Shown here in pieces: positions 1 to 9,842 of a stretch of 55,785 bases of DNA (the first letter of the stretch is position 1; each line of letters opens with the position of its first letter). This DNA is from Candidatus Aminicenantes bacterium (GTDB lineage: Bacteria; Acidobacteriota; Aminicenantia; Aminicenantales; Saccharicenantaceae): assembly GCA_016867635.1 (NCBI GenBank), contig VGJC01000003.1, positions 1-55,785 of the forward strand. The letters run 5' to 3'. The notes beneath the pieces are model-generated. The model was given only the letters and a program-made list of their open reading frames with translations. It searched no databases and was not told the DNA's origin. The translations under genes and the position numbers were made by a program.

Positions 1-2
1 TC

Positions 3-962
3 TACATCAACGGGATCTCCTCGAGCTTGCCGGTCGAGGTCCAGAAAGGGATCCTCCGAACGATACCCGGCCTCGACGGGACGAAGATCCTGAGACCGGC
101 CTACGGAATAGAATACGACGCCGTTTCCCCGACCGAGCTGGCCCATACCCTGGAGAGCAGGAGGATCGGCGGCCTCTACCTGGCCGGGCAGATAAACGGC
201 ACCTCCGGCTACGAAGAGGCGGCCGCCCAAGGGCTCATGGCCGGGATAAACGCCGCCTTGTCCCTGATGAAGAAGCCTCCCTTCATTTTAAGACGGGACG
301 AGGCGTATATCGGAGTCCTCATCGACGACCTGGTGACCAAAGGCGTCGAGGAACCCTATCGTCTGTTCACGTCCAGGGCCGAACATCGGCTCCTTCTCAG
401 GGTCGACAATGCCGACCTGAGGCTGATGAAATACGGGCGCGAATTCGGGTTGATATCCGAGGAAACCTGGCGAAGCTACGAAGAAAAGCGGCAGAGAGCG
501 GGGGAAATACTGACTCTTCTGAGAAGCAAAAAGACGGGAACGGGGGCCAAAGGCCGGATCTCCCTTTATGACTGGCTAAAAAAACCCGAAGTCAGCTTGA
601 GAAATACCCTGGAATTAGGGAAAATTTCTGCTACAATCAACGATGAGGAAACAAGATCCATCGAATCCGAAGTGAAGTATGAAGGCTACATTCGAAAACA
701 GAGCAAAGAGATCGCCAAATCCGTGAAAACAGCCCATAAAGTGATCCCGGCCGAGATGGACTTCGCCAAGGTCCCCGGGTTGACCAAAGAAGCCGTCGAA
801 AAGCTGGGAGCGGCCCGGCCGGCAACGCTGGGAGAGGCCGGGAGGATCCCCGGGATGACCCCGGCAACTGTTCAGAGCGTCGCCCTGTACATGGAGATAA
901 CAGAAAGAAAGGCCGCCCGAAAAGGCGGTGTTTCACGTGGAACATGCCCGAAAGATGAATAA
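3..962 (+). CDS. mnmG: tRNA uridine-5-carboxymethylaminomethyl modification enzyme MnmG/GidA (3' part; truncated by window start)
   Basis: Motifs [45 protein letters not shown] and EVKYEGYI; lies directly upstream of parA. Confidence 0.96.
   Translation, partial: YINGISSSLPVEVQKGILRTIPGLDGTKILRPAYGIEYDAVSPTELAHTLESRRIGGLYLAGQINGTSGYEEAAAQGLMAGINAALSLMKKPPFILRRDEAYIGVLIDDLVTKGVEEPYRLFTSRAEHRLLLRVDNADLRLMKYGREFGLISEETWRSYEEKRQRAGEILTLLRSKKTGTGAKGRISLYDWLKKPEVSLRNTLELGKISATINDEETRSIESEVKYEGYIRKQSKEIAKSVKTAHKVIPAEMDFAKVPGLTKEAVEKLGAARPATLGEAGRIPGMTPATVQSVALYMEITERKAARKGGVSRGTCPKDE
929..944. promoter_or_regulatory. parS centromere-like site
   Basis: TGTTTCACGTGGAACA, one mismatch to the canonical palindrome TGTTTCACGTGAAACA, 10 bp upstream of the parA start. 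Confidence 0.9.
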
Positions 963-1710
963 GGTCATTGCGGTCGCCAATCAGAAAGGGGGCGTCGGTA
1001 AGACGACCACGGCCATCAATCTCTCGGCGTGCCTGGCCCTCAAGGGAAAGCGGACCCTCCTGATCGATCTCGACCCCCAGGGGATGTCGACGCTGGGCCT
1101 GGCCAAGCCCAAGGAAGCAGGCAAGGGCATCTACCAGGCCATGATGAACGGCCGGGGGCTGATGGACTGCGTTTTCGGGACCGAAGTCGATAATTTCTAT
1201 CTTTGTCCGTGCTCTCCGGAGCTATCCGGCATCGAAGCCGAGCTCTACCCGGCGGAAAACAGGGAAAGACGGCTAGTTGATGCCGTCGATAAAGCGAGGC
1301 GCTACTTCAACTTCATCCTGATCGATTGCCCTCCCTCCCTGAGCTTTCTGACCATCAACGCCCTGACAGCCGCCGACTCCCTGATCATCCCCGTTCAGAC
1401 GGAATTCTTCTGCATGGAGGGCATCCCCGACCTTTTCCAGACGCTGGAAACCGTCCGCACCTATTTCAACCCCAAGCTGGCCATCGAGGGCATCCTCCTG
1501 ACGATGTTCGACGAACGGACCAACCTCTCGAAACAGGTGGCCGAAGAGATCCGGAAATCCCTCAAGCACATCCTTTTCGAATCCGTCATTCCGCGGAGCA
1601 TCCGTCTGGCCGAGGCCCCCAGCTTCGGGAAGCCCGTTGTCCTGTACGACATAAGATCCAAGGGATCAGAAGCTTACATCAATCTCGCAGAGGAGATCCT
1701 TAGACGATGA
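955..1710 (+). CDS. parA: Chromosome partitioning ATPase ParA/Soj
   Basis: Deviant Walker [11 protein letters not shown], plus DLDPQG, IDCPPSL and [10 protein letters not shown]; ATG at 955 overlaps the mnmG end. Confidence 0.96.
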   Translation: MNKVIAVANQKGGVGKTTTAINLSACLALKGKRTLLIDLDPQGMSTLGLAKPKEAGKGIYQAMMNGRGLMDCVFGTEVDNFYLCPCSPELSGIEAELYPAENRERRLVDAVDKARRYFNFILIDCPPSLSFLTINALTAADSLIIPVQTEFFCMEGIPDLFQTLETVRTYFNPKLAIEGILLTMFDERTNLSKQVAEEIRKSLKHILFESVIPRSIRLAEAPSFGKPVVLYDIRSKGSEAYINLAEEILRR

Positions 1711-2555
1711 GCAAGAAAGCCCTGGGGAAAGGCCTGGGCGCCTTCATCCCCGAAGAATTCAGCATTTTGAAAGACGAACGATTCGCCGAGATCGACCTCG
1801 AGCAGATCAGAGCCAACCCCTTTCAACCGCGCATGAAGTTCGACGACCAAACCATCGAAGGGCTGGCCCAGTCGATCCGCGAATCGGGTGTCGTGCAGCC
1901 TGTGGTCGTCGTTCCCGAGGATGATCATTACAAGATCATCGTCGGGGAGAGACGGTGGCGGGCGGCCCAGAAGGCCGGCTTGAGGAAGCTACCGGTCCTC
2001 ATCCGGAACATCCCGAAAGACAAGCAGCTGGAGATCTCGCTCATCGAGAACATCCACCGGGAGGAGTTGAACCCTCTCGAGATCGCCCAGGCCTATCAAC
2101 GGCTCATCGAAGAGCAAAAATACACTCAGCAGGAGCTGGCTGACAAGGTCGGAATGGACAGGACCTCGGTGACGAACTACCTCCGTCTCCTGAAGCTCCC
2201 TCGCGAGATCCAGGATCACGTGAGCGACGAAACGATCTCGATGGGACATGCCCGGGCCCTGCTGGCTCTGGACGACGCGGCCGGGCAGCTCTTCGCCTGC
2301 CGGCAGATCATCGACCGGAGCCTCTCTGTCCGGAACACGGAAAAGCTCGTCAACCGACTGAAGGAACGGGCCCCCCGGGCCCAGAGAAAGCTCGAGGACC
2401 CGGACCTTCACGCTCTCCAGGAAGAGATGCTGAAGTTGCTGGGGACGAAAGTCCTCATTTCCGGCAACCGGAACAAAGGCGTCCTGAAGATCTTCTATTT
2501 TTCGATGGACGACCTCAATCGGCTGTATGAGGGCCTCAAAGGAGTTGCTTCATGA
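1707..2555 (+). CDS. parB: Chromosome partitioning protein ParB/Spo0J
   Basis: N-terminal ALGKGLGA, NPFQPR, GERRWRA CTP-binding motif, ENIHRE and HTH; ATGA overlap with parA. Confidence 0.96.
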   Translation: MSKKALGKGLGAFIPEEFSILKDERFAEIDLEQIRANPFQPRMKFDDQTIEGLAQSIRESGVVQPVVVVPEDDHYKIIVGERRWRAAQKAGLRKLPVLIRNIPKDKQLEISLIENIHREELNPLEIAQAYQRLIEEQKYTQQELADKVGMDRTSVTNYLRLLKLPREIQDHVSDETISMGHARALLALDDAAGQLFACRQIIDRSLSVRNTEKLVNRLKERAPRAQRKLEDPDLHALQEEMLKLLGTKVLISGNRNKGVLKIFYFSMDDLNRLYEGLKGVAS

Positions 2556-2950
2556 AAGACAAACCGAGAGAGCTCAACGAATCGAGGCTGGCCGGCCTGA
2601 TCGACCAGGAGTCGGAGTTCAGGGGAGACCTGATCTTCAAAGGCTCGTTTCGCATCGAGGGCTATCTCAAGGGAACGATCACCTCGGACGCGCTGCTCAT
2701 CGTCGGCGAAAAGGGCAAAGTCGAAGCGGACGTCAAGGTGGGTCAGCTCGTCGTGAACGGCGAGGTCCGCGGCACGCTGCAGGCGACCGAGAGGGTCGAG
2801 GTCCACGACAAAGGCCGCGTTTTCGGGACCATTCTCTCTCCGAAGCTCGTGGTGGAAGAAGGGGCCTATCTCGAAGCCACGTGCCAGACGCAGGCCGCTC
2901 AGCAGCCGGCCCCCTCGAAACAGAAAGACCCGGGCGAAACCAAGGCCTGA
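2552..2950 (+). CDS. Bactofilin (polymer-forming cytoskeletal protein)
   Basis: Beta-helix repeats FRGDL.F.GSFRIEG..KGTI, V.G.V.GTL.A.ERVEV...G.V.G.I..PKL.VEEGA; ATGA overlap with parB. Confidence 0.9.
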   Translation: MKDKPRELNESRLAGLIDQESEFRGDLIFKGSFRIEGYLKGTITSDALLIVGEKGKVEADVKVGQLVVNGEVRGTLQATERVEVHDKGRVFGTILSPKLVVEEGAYLEATCQTQAAQQPAPSKQKDPGETKA

Positions 2951-2981
2951 GGCCGCTCGGCCGGCCGTCGATCCGTTTTCC

Positions 2982-3010
2982 TTGAGTCCGGGCGGGCCGA
3001 AGGCTATAAT
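2982..3010 (+). promoter_or_regulatory. Putative sigma70 promoter of pyrG
   Basis: TTGAGT-N17-TATAAT, 30 bp upstream of the ATG. Confidence 0.6.
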
Positions 3011-3040
3011 CGTGGGAACCGAAAAGAGATAAAGATAGCC

Positions 3041-4651
3041 ATGACCAAGTACATCTTCGTCACCGGAGGGGTCATTTCGGGGCTGGGCAAGGGGATCGCC
3101 TCGGCCTCCATGGGAATGCTCCTGGAGAGCCACGGGTACCGGATCACCATCCAGAAATTCGACCCCTACCTCAACGTCGACCCCGGCACGATGAGCCCGT
3201 TCCAGCACGGCGAAGTCTTCGTGACGGACGACGGGGCGGAAACGGACCTCGATCTCGGACACTACGAGCGATTCACGTCGACCCGGACGACCAGGGCCCA
3301 CAACTGGACGGCCGGCAAGATCTACGAATCGCTCCTTCGCAAGGAGCGCAAGGGCGAGTATCTCGGAAAGACGGTCCAGGTCATTCCCCATCTCACGGAC
3401 GAGATCAAAGGCGCTTTCAGGGCCGTGTCGGAAGGCAACGACATCGTCATCTGCGAGATCGGCGGGACGGTGGGCGACATCGAGAGCCTGCCCTTCCTCG
3501 AAGCCACGCGCCAGATGAGACTGTCGCTGGGGAGCGCCAATACCCTGTTCGTGCACCTGACTCTCGTTCCCTTCGTCGGGGCCTCGGGGGAGCTCAAGAC
3601 AAAGCCCACGCAGCACAGCGTCAAGGAGCTGCGGGCCATCGGCATCCAGCCCGACATCCTCCTCTGCCGGACGGGCCGCGAGCTTTCGGCGGACATCCGA
3701 TCGAAGATCGCCCTGTTCACCAACGTTCCCCTGGAGGCGGTCATTGCCGCCAGGGACGTCGAATCCATCTACGAGATCCCGTTGAATTTCGCCCGGGAAG
3801 GTCTGGACGCAATCATCTTGCGGCTGCTCGGGCTCCCCCGGCGGAAGAAGAGCCTGTCGCGCTGGGAGTCCATGGTCGGCCGGATCAGGAAACCTGAGGA
3901 CCAGGTGGACATCGCCCTGGTCGGAAAATACGCGGGGCTTCATGATTCTTACATGAGCCTGAACCAAGCCCTGGTCCATGGAGGGCTCGCCCACCGGCTC
4001 AAGGTCAACATCGACTGGATCGAGGCCGAAGCCCTGGAACGGGAGGGGCCCGCTTCGATCCTCGGGAGAAAGGACGGCATTCTCGTCCCCGGAGGATTCG
4101 GCAAGCGCGGCATCGAGGGCAAGATCAGGGCCGTCACGTACGCCCGGAAAAAAAAGGTCCCGTTCTTCGGCATCTGCCTCGGCATGCAATGCGCTTCGAT
4201 CGAATACGCCCGATCCGTGGCCGGCCTCGACCGCGCCAACAGCGCGGAATTCGCCCCCGACGCCCCCCACAAGATCATCGTCAGGTGGCGGGAGCTGGCC
4301 AAGGACTTCGATATGGGCGGGACGATGCGGCTGGGAGCTTACCGTTGCGACCTGCGGAAAGGATCGCTGGCCCACAAGGCCTACGGCGTCCGCGAGATAT
4401 CGGAAAGGCATCGGCACCGCTACGAGTTCAATCCGCGTTATCAGGAGGCGTTGGCCTCGGCGGGGCTGATCTTTTCGGGCCATAACCCGGATTATGGGCT
4501 GGTGGAGATCGTCGAGGCCCCGGACCACCCCTGGTTCCTGGGTTGCCAGTTCCATCCGGAATTCAAGTCCAAGCCCCTGGCCCCTCATCCCTTGTTCAAG
4601 GCTTTCATCGGCGCCGCTCATGCCCACCGCCTTCAAAGGAAGGCGCGGTAG
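3041..4651 (+). CDS. pyrG: CTP synthase
   Basis: [48 protein letters not shown]. Confidence 0.98.
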   Translation: MTKYIFVTGGVISGLGKGIASASMGMLLESHGYRITIQKFDPYLNVDPGTMSPFQHGEVFVTDDGAETDLDLGHYERFTSTRTTRAHNWTAGKIYESLLRKERKGEYLGKTVQVIPHLTDEIKGAFRAVSEGNDIVICEIGGTVGDIESLPFLEATRQMRLSLGSANTLFVHLTLVPFVGASGELKTKPTQHSVKELRAIGIQPDILLCRTGRELSADIRSKIALFTNVPLEAVIAARDVESIYEIPLNFAREGLDAIILRLLGLPRRKKSLSRWESMVGRIRKPEDQVDIALVGKYAGLHDSYMSLNQALVHGGLAHRLKVNIDWIEAEALEREGPASILGRKDGILVPGGFGKRGIEGKIRAVTYARKKKVPFFGICLGMQCASIEYARSVAGLDRANSAEFAPDAPHKIIVRWRELAKDFDMGGTMRLGAYRCDLRKGSLAHKAYGVREISERHRHRYEFNPRYQEALASAGLIFSGHNPDYGLVEIVEAPDHPWFLGCQFHPEFKSKPLAPHPLFKAFIGAAHAHRLQRKAR

Positions 4652-4718
4652 GCATATATATTATAGATAATAAATAGTTTATAAGCATAGGCGTGAAGTC
4701 CCCGGGAAGGAGGAGGGC

Positions 4719-6086
4719 GTGGACATCAACCCCAAGATCTTCAGGGAATACGACATCCGCGGCATCGTCGGCCGGGATCTGGACGAGGCTCTCGTCGAGG
4801 TCCTGGGGCGGTCCATGGGCACGTATTTTCAGGCCAGGGGCAAGAAGGACGTGGCCGTCGGCCGGGACTGCCGCCTGAGCTCGCCGTCGTTCGCCAAGTC
4901 CCTCACCGCCGGTCTCCTGGCCACGGGCTGCGACGTCACCGACATCGGGGTCGTGCCGACGCCGCTCCTCTATTTCTCGGTCTTTCACATGAAGAAGGAG
5001 GCCGGGGTCATGATCACCGGCTCCCATAACCCCCCGGAACACAACGGGTTCAAGATGATGGCCGGACACGACACCCTTTACGGGCCCGACATCCAGGAGC
5101 TCCACGACATCGCCCGCAAGGGCCTGTTCGCCAAAGGGGCCGGGCGCGCTTCGACCCTCGACATCGTTCCCGAATACATGAGCTATGTTTCCGGCAACGT
5201 CCGGCTGTCACGGGGGATCAAGGTCGTCATCGACGCCGGCAACGGCACCGGCGGCTCGGTCGCCGTCCCGCTCTTCCGGAAAATGGGGTCCGAGGTCATC
5301 GATATTTTCTGCGAAATGGACGGCCGCTTCCCCAACCATCACCCGGACCCGACGCTCCCGGAGGCCATGGAAGCGCTCATCCGCAAGGTCCGGGAAACGG
5401 GGGCCGAGCTCGGTGTCGGCTACGACGGCGACGCCGACAGGCTGGGCGTCGTCGACGACCGGGGGAAGATCATCTGGGGCGACCAGCTCCTCATCGTCTT
5501 CGCCAGGGACATCCTCGCCGCCAGGCCCGGTTCGGCCGTCATCTCCGAGGTCAAAGCCTCCCAAGTCCTCTACGACGAGATCGAACGGCTGGGTGGGCGG
5601 CCCATCATGTGGCGGACCGGCCACTCCCTGATCAAGAAAAAGATCAGGGAGGAGCAGGCCCCCCTGGCCGGGGAAATGAGCGGTCACATCTTTTTCGCCG
5701 ATCGCTGGTACGGCTTCGACGACGCCATCTACGCGACGGCCCGGCTGCTCGAGATCCTGTCGCGGTCGACGGCCCGGCTGTCGACGATGCTGTCAGACCT
5801 CCCCAAGACCTATTCGACGCCGGAGATCAGGATCTACGCGTCCGACGAGGTCAAGTTCGAGATCGTCGAGCAGGCCCGCCGCGAGCTGGCCGCGAAATAT
5901 CCGGTCATCGACATCGACGGCGTCCGGGCCATCTTCCCCCGCGGCTGGGGCCTCGTCCGGGCCTCCAACACCCAGGCCGTCATCGTCCTCCGCTTCGAAG
6001 CCGACACCGAAGAGGCTCTGGCCGCGATCCAGAACGAGGTCCGGGCACTGCTCGAGAAGATCATCAGCCGCCTCGGGAAGCCATGA
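4719..6086 (+). CDS. Phosphomannomutase/phosphoglucomutase
   Basis: FREYDIRG, TGSHNP phosphoserine loop, DGDADR metal loop, GEMSGH, RASNT; GTG start after GGAGG. Confidence 0.95.
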   Translation: MDINPKIFREYDIRGIVGRDLDEALVEVLGRSMGTYFQARGKKDVAVGRDCRLSSPSFAKSLTAGLLATGCDVTDIGVVPTPLLYFSVFHMKKEAGVMITGSHNPPEHNGFKMMAGHDTLYGPDIQELHDIARKGLFAKGAGRASTLDIVPEYMSYVSGNVRLSRGIKVVIDAGNGTGGSVAVPLFRKMGSEVIDIFCEMDGRFPNHHPDPTLPEAMEALIRKVRETGAELGVGYDGDADRLGVVDDRGKIIWGDQLLIVFARDILAARPGSAVISEVKASQVLYDEIERLGGRPIMWRTGHSLIKKKIREEQAPLAGEMSGHIFFADRWYGFDDAIYATARLLEILSRSTARLSTMLSDLPKTYSTPEIRIYASDEVKFEIVEQARRELAAKYPVIDIDGVRAIFPRGWGLVRASNTQAVIVLRFEADTEEALAAIQNEVRALLEKIISRLGKP

Positions 6087-7204
6087 GCCGGCCGAAGCGC
6101 ACAACGCGGCCGAAAAAGCCCTTGCGCGACGTCCGCGCGGTCATCCTGGCCGGCGGGCGGGGAACACGCTTCTGGCCGCTCGGGCGGGCGGATAAACCCA
6201 AGCAGTTCCTGCAGATCGCCGGCCGGGCGACGATGATCGAGGAGACCGTGAGGCGGATCCGCCCGCTCGTCCCTCTTCGCAAGGTCACCACGGTCGCCGA
6301 CGCCGTCCAGACCCGGCGCGTCAGAAAGCTGTTCCCGGCCCTGCCGGCGGCCAACATGATCGTCGAGCCGGTGGCCAGGAACACCGGTCCCGCGCTGGCC
6401 CTGGCGACGGCCCGGATCTGGCTGGATAACCCGGAGGCTGTCGTCGTCGCCCTGCCCGCCGATCATCTCATCAAAGACGAAAAACGGTTCCTGCGCAAGC
6501 TCGGGAGCGCGGTCGAGATGTCGGCCCGGGCCGGGGCCATGGTCATTTTCGGGATCCCGCCGACCTATCCGGCCACGGGATACGGCTACATCCGGTTCGA
6601 GAGGGAGCGGCCGCGGACGTGCGGGCGGGAGGCTTTCTATCCCGTCCGGGCCTTCAAGGAAAAGCCGAGCGTCGAGCTGGCCGACGAGTTCCTTGCCGCC
6701 GGGGATTGCGCCTGGAACTCGGGCATGTTCGTCTGGACGGCGGAGACCTTCGCCCGCCAGGCCGAAGCGTGCGCGCCGGCCCTGTTCTCGTTCTGGAAGA
6801 AAGCCGTCGAAGCCCTGAGGTCGGGCAACCGCGGCCGGCTCCGGGCCGCCTTCGAGGGCGCCCCGGCCCTGTCCATCGACTACGCCCTCATGGAGAAGGC
6901 CCAAGGCGTGCTGGTCGCGGAGGGCGATTTCGGATGGTCGGACATCGGGGCCTGGTCGTCCCTGCTCGAGGTCTGGCCGCGGGACCGCGACGGCAACGCC
7001 GCGCGGGGCGAGCTGGCCGCCCTGGATTCCAGGGGGTGCCTCGTCTGGAACCCCGGGCGGCTGACCGCGCTCGTCGGCGTCCGCAACCTGATCGTCGTCG
7101 ACACCAAGGACGCGCTGCTCGTCTGCGACGCCGATCTCGACCAGAAGGTCAAGGTTTTGGTCGAAGCCTTGAGCCGGGAGCGGGGCCGAAAGAAGCTCGT
7201 CTAA
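6083..7204 (+). CDS. Mannose-1-phosphate guanylyltransferase
   Basis: ILAGGRGTRFWP...PKQF, EPVARNT, PADH, GYGYI, FKEKP, WNSGMF, SIDYALME, WSDIG; ATGA overlap with the PMM gene. Confidence 0.93.
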   Translation: MSRPKRTTRPKKPLRDVRAVILAGGRGTRFWPLGRADKPKQFLQIAGRATMIEETVRRIRPLVPLRKVTTVADAVQTRRVRKLFPALPAANMIVEPVARNTGPALALATARIWLDNPEAVVVALPADHLIKDEKRFLRKLGSAVEMSARAGAMVIFGIPPTYPATGYGYIRFERERPRTCGREAFYPVRAFKEKPSVELADEFLAAGDCAWNSGMFVWTAETFARQAEACAPALFSFWKKAVEALRSGNRGRLRAAFEGAPALSIDYALMEKAQGVLVAEGDFGWSDIGAWSSLLEVWPRDRDGNAARGELAALDSRGCLVWNPGRLTALVGVRNLIVVDTKDALLVCDADLDQKVKVLVEALSRERGRKKLV

Positions 7205-7249
7205 CGTTGAAAAGGAAGGAAACGTGCGAAAGAAAGTCAAGGCGCCCTG

Positions 7250-9829
7250 ATGACCGTTCCCTATTCGGCCGAGACCGTTCGTGAGCTCGTCCGCCTTCAC
7301 TCCCAACAGAAGGTCCATCGGGCGTTCCGCCTCAGCCGCCACGAGCCGGGGACGGTCCTTGAATACGAGCTCCAAGGCGTCTTTCCCGACGGGCGGGCCC
7401 GGGTCCGCCTCGAGATCGAGAGATTCGTGGGCGGAGGATACGCGGGCCAAGTCTACAAGGTCCGGCTGAGCGACGTCTCCGCCCTCGAGGGCCGGGTCGC
7501 AGGCCTGGAGCCCGGCCGCGAGTACGCCCTGAAGGTCCTTATCCCGCCCTCCGGGCTGGCCCGCGGCATCCGCGGCCTTCTCTATGCGATCGGCTTCCAG
7601 GCCCCGTTCTCTCTTCAGTCTTTGGCCACGGCCGGCCGTTCGCAGGCCTTGTGGCAGAAGTTCATCCGCCGGGCGGCCCGGGTCGAGTGGGGCCGCGAGG
7701 ACGCCGTCGTGGATGTCCTCGGGACGCTCGCCGACAGGGCGCTCGGGAGCTACGGCGAGCTCAGCGAATGGGTCGAGGGCCGCACGTGGCGACTCGAGGC
7801 GGACGACAACCTCGACGCCCGGCGCCGCTCCAAAGGCGGTCACTCCGGCCCGGCGGACGGCTCACCCGAGTACCGCGCCAAGCGCGCCTTCATGGACCGC
7901 CTGGTCCGGCTCATGCACGAGATAGGGGCCGTCGAGCTCGCGCGTCAGTACGAATGGTGGTCGCTCAAGAGCCAGCCCAACGTCCTCAAGCGGGCCGAGG
8001 CCGAGGGCCGCCCCGAGGCCGGGCTGGTCGCCGTCGATTTCCGGGCCGGCATGACACTCTTGCCGTTCCTCCCGCAGTGCCCGGCCGATATCAAGCTCAT
8101 CCTGCGGGGTCTCGGCCGCGGGCGGCTCGTCCAGTTCGACAAGGGCGATGTCGACAAGCTCGAGCGATACGTAGACGCGCGCGGGGACGATTTCGCCGAC
8201 CTGCGCCCGGCCCTGGGCCGGCTGCGCTCCGAGGACCGGGCCTATCGCGATTCCCTCATCGACCTCTCCTTTCATCACGTCCGGATTTTCGGCCGGGGCC
8301 TGCGCCGCCGGATCATGGCCGGCTTCCGGGAGAGCTGGCGTGTCCGCGGGATCACCGACGAGCGGGCCGCGGCGCGCCTCGAAAGGAGCGCGCTCCTGTC
8401 GGCCGTTTTCTTGTCCGCCGCTATTCTTCCGGCCCTCGCCCCCGTCCTGGCCGCCCTGGGGATCGTCACCGGGAACACCGGCTTTTTCTGGCCGGCCGGG
8501 GGGCTGCTTCTTCCGCCGTTCTTGAGGCGCCTGGCGGGCCGGGCCGATCTGCGCCGGCACTATGGCCGGATGGTCGCGAGTCCCGGGTACTTCATGCGGG
8601 CGGGCCGGGCCCGGATCGCGGAAGCGTTGGTCGGCTGGGTCCGGTCGGGCCGGTCCGGCGAGGCTCGGGCCCTGCGGATCGCCCGGGCCCCCTTTCTCTA
8701 TTTTCTGAACCTCACGTTGGCCTGGTTGCCGCCCGGGCTCCACCGGTTCCTGACCGACAAGGACCGTTTCCGCGAGCGTCTGAGGGCCATATTCGTCCAG
8801 CCGCTCCGGCTGCTCGTCCGGCCCGCCGAGCGAGAGCGTTGGCTGCTCGACATGGTCGCCCAAGGGCGGAAGAACGGGCTTCTCGGCGAGAACGAGGCCT
8901 CGGCCATCGCCGGTCAGATCAAGGAACCGTTCATCCAGAAATACCTCAAGAGCCTGGCCGTCCATCTGGCCACCCTGTTCGTGTCCGAGACCGTGTTCCT
9001 GACGGCCGCCATCGCCTACGTCGTCGCCCATCCCGAGCTTCCCTGGCACCAGGCCACCCTCCGGGCGGGCCTGATCATCGGCGCGCTGAACCTCCTGCCC
9101 ATCTCCCCGGGCTCGCTCGTCCGCGGGTTCTATGTCCTCGGACTGATGATCAAGGACCGCAACTTTAAGGACTACAACATCGCCTTCGGCGTGAGCTTCC
9201 TCAAGATCGTCGGCTACCTGGCCTTCCCCATCCAGATGACCTACCGCTACCCGGACCTGGCCCGTTTCATGGCCGGGCACTGGGCCACCGAAGCGGTCCA
9301 CAAGGTCCCCGTCTTCGGGGAGAAGGGGGCTTGGCTGGAGCACTTCGTCTTCGACATGTTCTACAACTACCCCCTGACCCTGCGGCGGCGCGTCCGCGAG
9401 AAAGCGGCGCTGCGGGCCGGGCAAAAGGCCAGGCGGTGGCCCGCGCTTGTCGTCGCCCTGGGGGCCCTCGCGGCCCTCCAAGGGATCGAGGCCCTTTATG
9501 CGCATGCGACGGGCCAGCCCCCCTCCTTCAGCCGGATCTGGTGGGCCGCCGCGGTGGTCCCCATTCTGGCCGGCAGTGTCACCGCGCTGTGGGCGGGCGG
9601 CCTCGCGACGGGCAAGCGGATCGTGCTGGGCATGGCCACGGCGGCCGTTGCCGGGCTCATCTATGGTCTGGCGCCGATCGTCCCCGGGGCCCTCCTGTTC
9701 GACGGGCTGGCCGCCGCGGGCAACGGCTCGCAGGTCATGTCGGCGGCCCGATCGGGGTTCGAGATGCTCATCCTCTTCGGCGTCCTGGGCCTCGCCGGGG
9801 CCGCGGTCGTCGAGACCCGCTCGGTCTGA
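7250..9829 (+). CDS. Hypothetical integral membrane protein with an N-terminal protein-kinase-like region
   Basis: 859-aa ORF with genome-typical codon usage; GGGYAGQVYKV...ALKV, QPNVL and VDF motifs; several hydrophobic helices in the C-terminal half. Confidence 0.7.
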   Translation: MTVPYSAETVRELVRLHSQQKVHRAFRLSRHEPGTVLEYELQGVFPDGRARVRLEIERFVGGGYAGQVYKVRLSDVSALEGRVAGLEPGREYALKVLIPPSGLARGIRGLLYAIGFQAPFSLQSLATAGRSQALWQKFIRRAARVEWGREDAVVDVLGTLADRALGSYGELSEWVEGRTWRLEADDNLDARRRSKGGHSGPADGSPEYRAKRAFMDRLVRLMHEIGAVELARQYEWWSLKSQPNVLKRAEAEGRPEAGLVAVDFRAGMTLLPFLPQCPADIKLILRGLGRGRLVQFDKGDVDKLERYVDARGDDFADLRPALGRLRSEDRAYRDSLIDLSFHHVRIFGRGLRRRIMAGFRESWRVRGITDERAAARLERSALLSAVFLSAAILPALAPVLAALGIVTGNTGFFWPAGGLLLPPFLRRLAGRADLRRHYGRMVASPGYFMRAGRARIAEALVGWVRSGRSGEARALRIARAPFLYFLNLTLAWLPPGLHRFLTDKDRFRERLRAIFVQPLRLLVRPAERERWLLDMVAQGRKNGLLGENEASAIAGQIKEPFIQKYLKSLAVHLATLFVSETVFLTAAIAYVVAHPELPWHQATLRAGLIIGALNLLPISPGSLVRGFYVLGLMIKDRNFKDYNIAFGVSFLKIVGYLAFPIQMTYRYPDLARFMAGHWATEAVHKVPVFGEKGAWLEHFVFDMFYNYPLTLRRRVREKAALRAGQKARRWPALVVALGALAALQGIEALYAHATGQPPSFSRIWWAAAVVPILAGSVTALWAGGLATGKRIVLGMATAAVAGLIYGLAPIVPGALLFDGLAAAGNGSQVMSAARSGFEMLILFGVLGLAGAAVVETRSV

Positions 9830-9842
9830 ATTCCCGGTTCTT

